A stretch of DNA of 64,000 bases, taken from positions 1,088,001-1,152,000 of the forward strand of contig OY760935.1 in assembly GCA_963664295.1 (NCBI GenBank). Direction: 5' to 3'. Under the pieces are notes generated by a model. The model did no database searches. It was not told where the DNA came from and saw nothing but the letters and a program-made list of their open reading frames with translations. Position 1 is the stretch's first letter; each line of letters opens with the position of its first letter. This stretch comes from Candidatus Altimarinota bacterium. Lineage in GTDB: Bacteria; Patescibacteriota; Gracilibacteria; CAIRYL01; GCA-016699755. Of this stretch, positions 60,537 to 64,000 are shown in pieces. Made by a program: the position numbers and the translations under genes.

Positions 60537-61100
60537 TTAAAATTTTACTTCAGGGACTTTTTTTATCTCTTCGCCTTCATCAGCCTCAAAAAATTCTTCT
60601 TTTGTAAATCCGTGATTTTTGGCAACAAAATTAGAAGGAAAACTTTCTACTTTTATATTCATTGCTGTGACATTGGCATTGTATATTCTTCTAGCAGAGG
60701 CAATTTGGTCTTCTGTTTCTGATAACTCTTCTTGTAATTGCATAAAACTAGCATTTGCTTTTAGGTCTGGATAATTTTCTGAAAGAGCAAAAATAGATTT
60801 TAATGTATTTGTTAAAACACTTTCTGCTTTTGCTTGGTCTGCGATTTTGCCATCTGGCACCGCTATTGCATCAGAGCGAGCTTGAACAACTTTTTCAAAA
60901 GTTTCTTTTTCATGTCCAGCATAGCCCTGCACAGTATTAACAAGATTTGGTATTAAGTCGTATCTTCTTTTTAATTGCACGTCTATTCCGCTCCAAGCTT
61001 CTTTTACTTTTTGTCTTAGTTTTACGAGGCCATTGTAAATAGACACATAAAAAACAGCCACGACCACCAAAAGAATTACTAAAATCATGAATCCGCTCAT
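60537..61100 (-). CDS. lemA: LemA family protein
   Basis: YN.LV, IDVQLKRRYDLIPNLV, ENYPDLKA, FPSN. Confidence 0.92.
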   Translation of the reverse strand: MSGFMILVILLVVVAVFYVSIYNGLVKLRQKVKEAWSGIDVQLKRRYDLIPNLVNTVQGYAGHEKETFEKVVQARSDAIAVPDGKIADQAKAESVLTNTLKSIFALSENYPDLKANASFMQLQEELSETEDQIASARRIYNANVTAMNIKVESFPSNFVAKNHGFTKEEFFEADEGEEIKKVPEVKF

Positions 61101-61172
61101 TTTATTTGAAAAAATCTCTCTTAATTTAATAAAAATATCCTTAAAAGTCAAAAATTATGGCAGAATATAAAT

Positions 61173-62183
61173 ATGCTTATTTTGGGAATAGAAACATCTT
61201 GTGATGAAACAGCAGTGGCAATTGTAAAAAATGGAAAAGAAGTGATTTCCAATATTATTGCTTCGTCTATTGATTTGCATCAGGAGACCGGAGGGGTTGT
61301 GCCAGAGATTGCGGCTCGTGATTCGGCTAATAAGATTATTTCGGTTGTAAACAAAGCCTTAGAGGAAGCAGAGATAATTTGGCAAGACATTGATGCAATT
61401 GCTGTGGCGAATGGGCCTGGGCTTCCTGGAAGCTTGATGGTTGGCATTGAAACTGCTCGTGTTTTGGCTTTTGTTCATAAAAAGCCTTTAATTCCTGTTT
61501 ATCATATTATGGGACACATTTATTCTAATATTTTAGATAGAGGTGTGCCCAATTTTCCTGTTTTGGTCTTGACTGTTTCTGGTGGGCATAATAATTTGCT
61601 CATTTGGAAAGACTTTTTAGATTTTGAGATACTTGGCGAAACTCTTGATGATGCTGGAGGTGAAGCTTTTGATAAAGTAGCAAAAATGCTTGATTTAGGT
61701 TTTCCTGGTGGACCGATTGTATCGAAGTTGGCAGAAAAAGGAGATAGGCAAAAATATAAATTTCCACGTCCAATGGCACAAAGTAATGATTTTAATTTTT
61801 CTTATTCCGGCTTAAAAACTGCAGTTTTATATACTTTGCGTGATGAGGGGGAAATTACTGAAAATGTTAAAGCAGACGTTTGTGCTTCTTTTGAAGAGGC
61901 AATTGTTGATTCTTTGTTGATTAAGCTAAAAAAAGCAGTAAAAAAATACAAACCAACAGAAATTCATTTAGCTGGTGGAGTTTCTGCAAATAAGCGCTTG
62001 CAGGAAGTTGTTGGTGATTATTGTGAAAAAAATAAGATTAAGTTTTTGAAACCAGCAAAGATGATTTATTCCACTGATAATGGGGCCATGGTGGCGAGTG
62101 CTGGTTATTTTATATATAAAAAATCTCCAACAAAGAATTGGAGATTTGAAGACGTAAAATTAAAATTGGATTATTCTTTTTAA
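61173..62183 (+). CDS. tsaD: t6A synthase TsaD
   Basis: GIETSCDET, GGVVPEIA, H..GH, VSGGH, DDAGGEAFDK, TDNGAM. Confidence 0.96.
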   Translation: MLILGIETSCDETAVAIVKNGKEVISNIIASSIDLHQETGGVVPEIAARDSANKIISVVNKALEEAEIIWQDIDAIAVANGPGLPGSLMVGIETARVLAFVHKKPLIPVYHIMGHIYSNILDRGVPNFPVLVLTVSGGHNNLLIWKDFLDFEILGETLDDAGGEAFDKVAKMLDLGFPGGPIVSKLAEKGDRQKYKFPRPMAQSNDFNFSYSGLKTAVLYTLRDEGEITENVKADVCASFEEAIVDSLLIKLKKAVKKYKPTEIHLAGGVSANKRLQEVVGDYCEKNKIKFLKPAKMIYSTDNGAMVASAGYFIYKKSPTKNWRFEDVKLKLDYSF

Positions 62184-62843
62184 TTAAGCAGTTATCTTTT
62201 TTTCTTCGAATTTTTTCTTAAAAACTTCTCCTCTAAAAACCCAAACTTTGATACCAATAGCGCCAAAGGTTGTATTGGCTGTATCTTGAGCATAAGAAAT
62301 ATCCGCTCTGAAAGTATGTAAAGGGATTTTACCTTCTGAAAAAGTTTCACTACGAGCAATATCAACACCACCCAAGCGACCGCCAACTTGCACTTTTACT
62401 CCTTTTGCTCCAGCTTCTATGCCTTTTTGGATAGCCATTTTAGCAGCTCTTCTAAAGGGCATTCTTTTTTCTAGTTGCCTGCCAATCATATCTGCTAAAT
62501 TACCAGCTTCTAGTTCTGGTTTTTTAATTTCTTTAATGCTTACATCAAAATTTTCACGGAATGTTTTTTGAAGTAAAACTTTAAGATCATCAATAGATTC
62601 TCCTTGTCTGCCAATAATCACACCAGGGCGAGAAGAGTAAATAGAAATATGGGTCATTTCATTTTTGCGCTCTATTTCAATGCGAATAATTCCAGCTTCT
62701 TTTAGTTTATTTTTTAAGAATTTTCTTAGTTCGTAGTCTTTTTTTAGGTTTTTTGCAAAGTTTTTACCTTTTGCAAACCAACGAGATTGCCATTTGCTGG
62801 TAATACCTATTCTGATAACATTTGGATTTACTTTTTGACCCAT
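62184..62843 (-). CDS. rpsC: 30S ribosomal protein S3
   Basis: MGQKVNP, RPGVIIG, GRLGG, PLHTFRADI. Confidence 0.97.
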   Translation of the reverse strand: MGQKVNPNVIRIGITSKWQSRWFAKGKNFAKNLKKDYELRKFLKNKLKEAGIIRIEIERKNEMTHISIYSSRPGVIIGRQGESIDDLKVLLQKTFRENFDVSIKEIKKPELEAGNLADMIGRQLEKRMPFRRAAKMAIQKGIEAGAKGVKVQVGGRLGGVDIARSETFSEGKIPLHTFRADISYAQDTANTTFGAIGIKVWVFRGEVFKKKFEEKKITA

Positions 62844-62858
62844 AATTATTTAATAAAA

Positions 62859-63185
62859 TTAACCTTCAATAACTTCTACAGTAATATGAGAAGTACGTTT
62901 TAAAATAGGAGCAACGCGCCCACGAGAGGCAGGAACACCTCTTTTGTATGTTGGTCCTTTTGTGACAAGAATTTTTGAGACAATTAATTTTTCTTTGTCT
63001 TTTTGGTTGTTTTGTTCTGCATTTGATGCAGCACTGTGAACAACTTTTCTGAGAATTTTAGCACCTTTTTTTGGCATGAAATTGAGCAGATCAAGTGCAT
63101 CTTGCACTTTTTTGCCACGCACCATACCAGCAACCAAGTTGGCCTTTTTAGGTGATAAACGTACTCTTTTTGCTATTGCTTTCAT
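62859..63185 (-). CDS. rplV: 50S ribosomal protein L22
   Basis: SPKKA.LV...RG, SA.SNA, KRTSHITV; ATG 63185. Confidence 0.96.
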   Translation of the reverse strand: MKAIAKRVRLSPKKANLVAGMVRGKKVQDALDLLNFMPKKGAKILRKVVHSAASNAEQNNQKDKEKLIVSKILVTKGPTYKRGVPASRGRVAPILKRTSHITVEVIEG

Positions 63186-63286
63186 AATTTTCAAAAACGC
63201 TGGAACATTTTCCTTAATTTTGCTTATTAAGTCAAGGGTTTTTGAGATAATTTACATTTAAATATTTTTTTTGTAAGCTTAATCCG

Positions 63287-63865
63287 ATGTTTACAGGTAT
63301 TGTTGAAGATAAAGTTCGGGTTATAAATAGGTCAAATACGGGAATTGAAATTGCTCGTCCGAAGATTTTTTCTGATTTACAAAAAGGTCAAAGCATTGCT
63401 CTTAATGGCGCTTGTTTGACTTTGATTGATTTTGATCAAGAAAAATTAAAGTTTGATATTGTGCCGGAAACTTTTCGGCGTACGAATTTGGGTTCAGCAG
63501 AAATTGTAAATGTGGAAAGAGCTTTGAAGGCAGATGGACGTTTTGAGGGTCATGTTGTTCAGGGTCATATTGATGGTTTTTTAGAGCTTTTAGAGCGAAA
63601 AAAAGAGGGAGAAGGTGAGTTTTTTACTTTTAAAAAACCTGTTGAATATGCAAAGTATTTTACTGAAAAAGGTAGTATTGCCTTAAATGGAGTTTCTTTG
63701 ACTATTGCAAAAGAGGATCAAGACACTTTTGGAGTAGCCTTAATACCACATACTTTGGAAATAACTAATTTTGGAAAGATGAAAACTGGAGATTTAATCA
63801 ATTTTGAGTGTGATATTTTTGCCAAATTATTATATAAATGGCACTGTGATGAGCAAAAACAATAA
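63287..63865 (+). CDS. ribE: riboflavin synthase (alpha type)
   Basis: MFTGIV, NGACLT, GHVVQGHIDG, KGSIALNGVSLT, LIPHT. Confidence 0.95.
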   Translation: MFTGIVEDKVRVINRSNTGIEIARPKIFSDLQKGQSIALNGACLTLIDFDQEKLKFDIVPETFRRTNLGSAEIVNVERALKADGRFEGHVVQGHIDGFLELLERKKEGEGEFFTFKKPVEYAKYFTEKGSIALNGVSLTIAKEDQDTFGVALIPHTLEITNFGKMKTGDLINFECDIFAKLLYKWHCDEQKQ

Positions 63866-64000
63866 AAAAGTATTAGTTTTTGGTACTTTTGATTATTTAC
63901 ACAAAGGGCATAAAAAATTTTTACAAGATGCAAAAAAGCTTGGTGATCAATTTTTTGTCGTAGTAGCAAGAGACAAAAATGTGTTAGAGCTTAAAGGTGA
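63849..64000 (+). CDS. cytidylyltransferase-family protein, probably RibL-like FAD synthase (partial)
   Basis: not in ORF track; MSKNNKKVLVFGTFDYLHKGH..FL..AKKLGD...VVARD; overlaps the ribE end; truncated by window. Confidence 0.75.
   Translation, partial: MSKNNKKVLVFGTFDYLHKGHKKFLQDAKKLGDQFFVVVARDKNVLELKG

Overview
AT-rich bacterial chromosome segment, mostly housekeeping genes. The gene content and style (fragmented ribosomal-protein operons, short A/T-rich leaders without Shine-Dalgarno motifs, many large orphan surface proteins) suggest a Patescibacteria/CPR lineage, possibly Peregrinibacteria-like; this is an inference. The standard code is used: UGA ends prmC and trmD, and prfB is present. 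The window contains secA, prfA, prfB (+1 frameshift), prmC, clpP, ruvC, fmt, der, dnaK (CIRCE), infC-rpmI-rplT, rplY, rplU, rpsU, an isolated rplV-rpsC pair, tsaD, a trmD-GNAT fusion, two lgt paralogues, four tRNAs, and a 23S-5S rRNA unit with no adjacent 16S. Highlights: (1) an unannotated Tyr/Phe/Trp-rich leader peptide with terminator/antiterminator in front of an archaeal-type AroA' aldolase, plus a eukaryote-type chorismate mutase and a TyrA-PheA fusion, i.e. a mosaic, apparently regulated aromatic amino acid pathway; (2) a 159-bp tandem repeat after tRNA-Val built from sense and antisense tRNA pieces and mini-hairpins; (3) an rRNA leader with a PPG-containing uORF overlapping alternative hairpins and boxA; (4) 23S peculiarities (about 80-nt helix-54 insertion, apparent G752-C2609 swap); (5) a 1573-aa HEXXH orphan protein. 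All assignments are by eye, without database searches.
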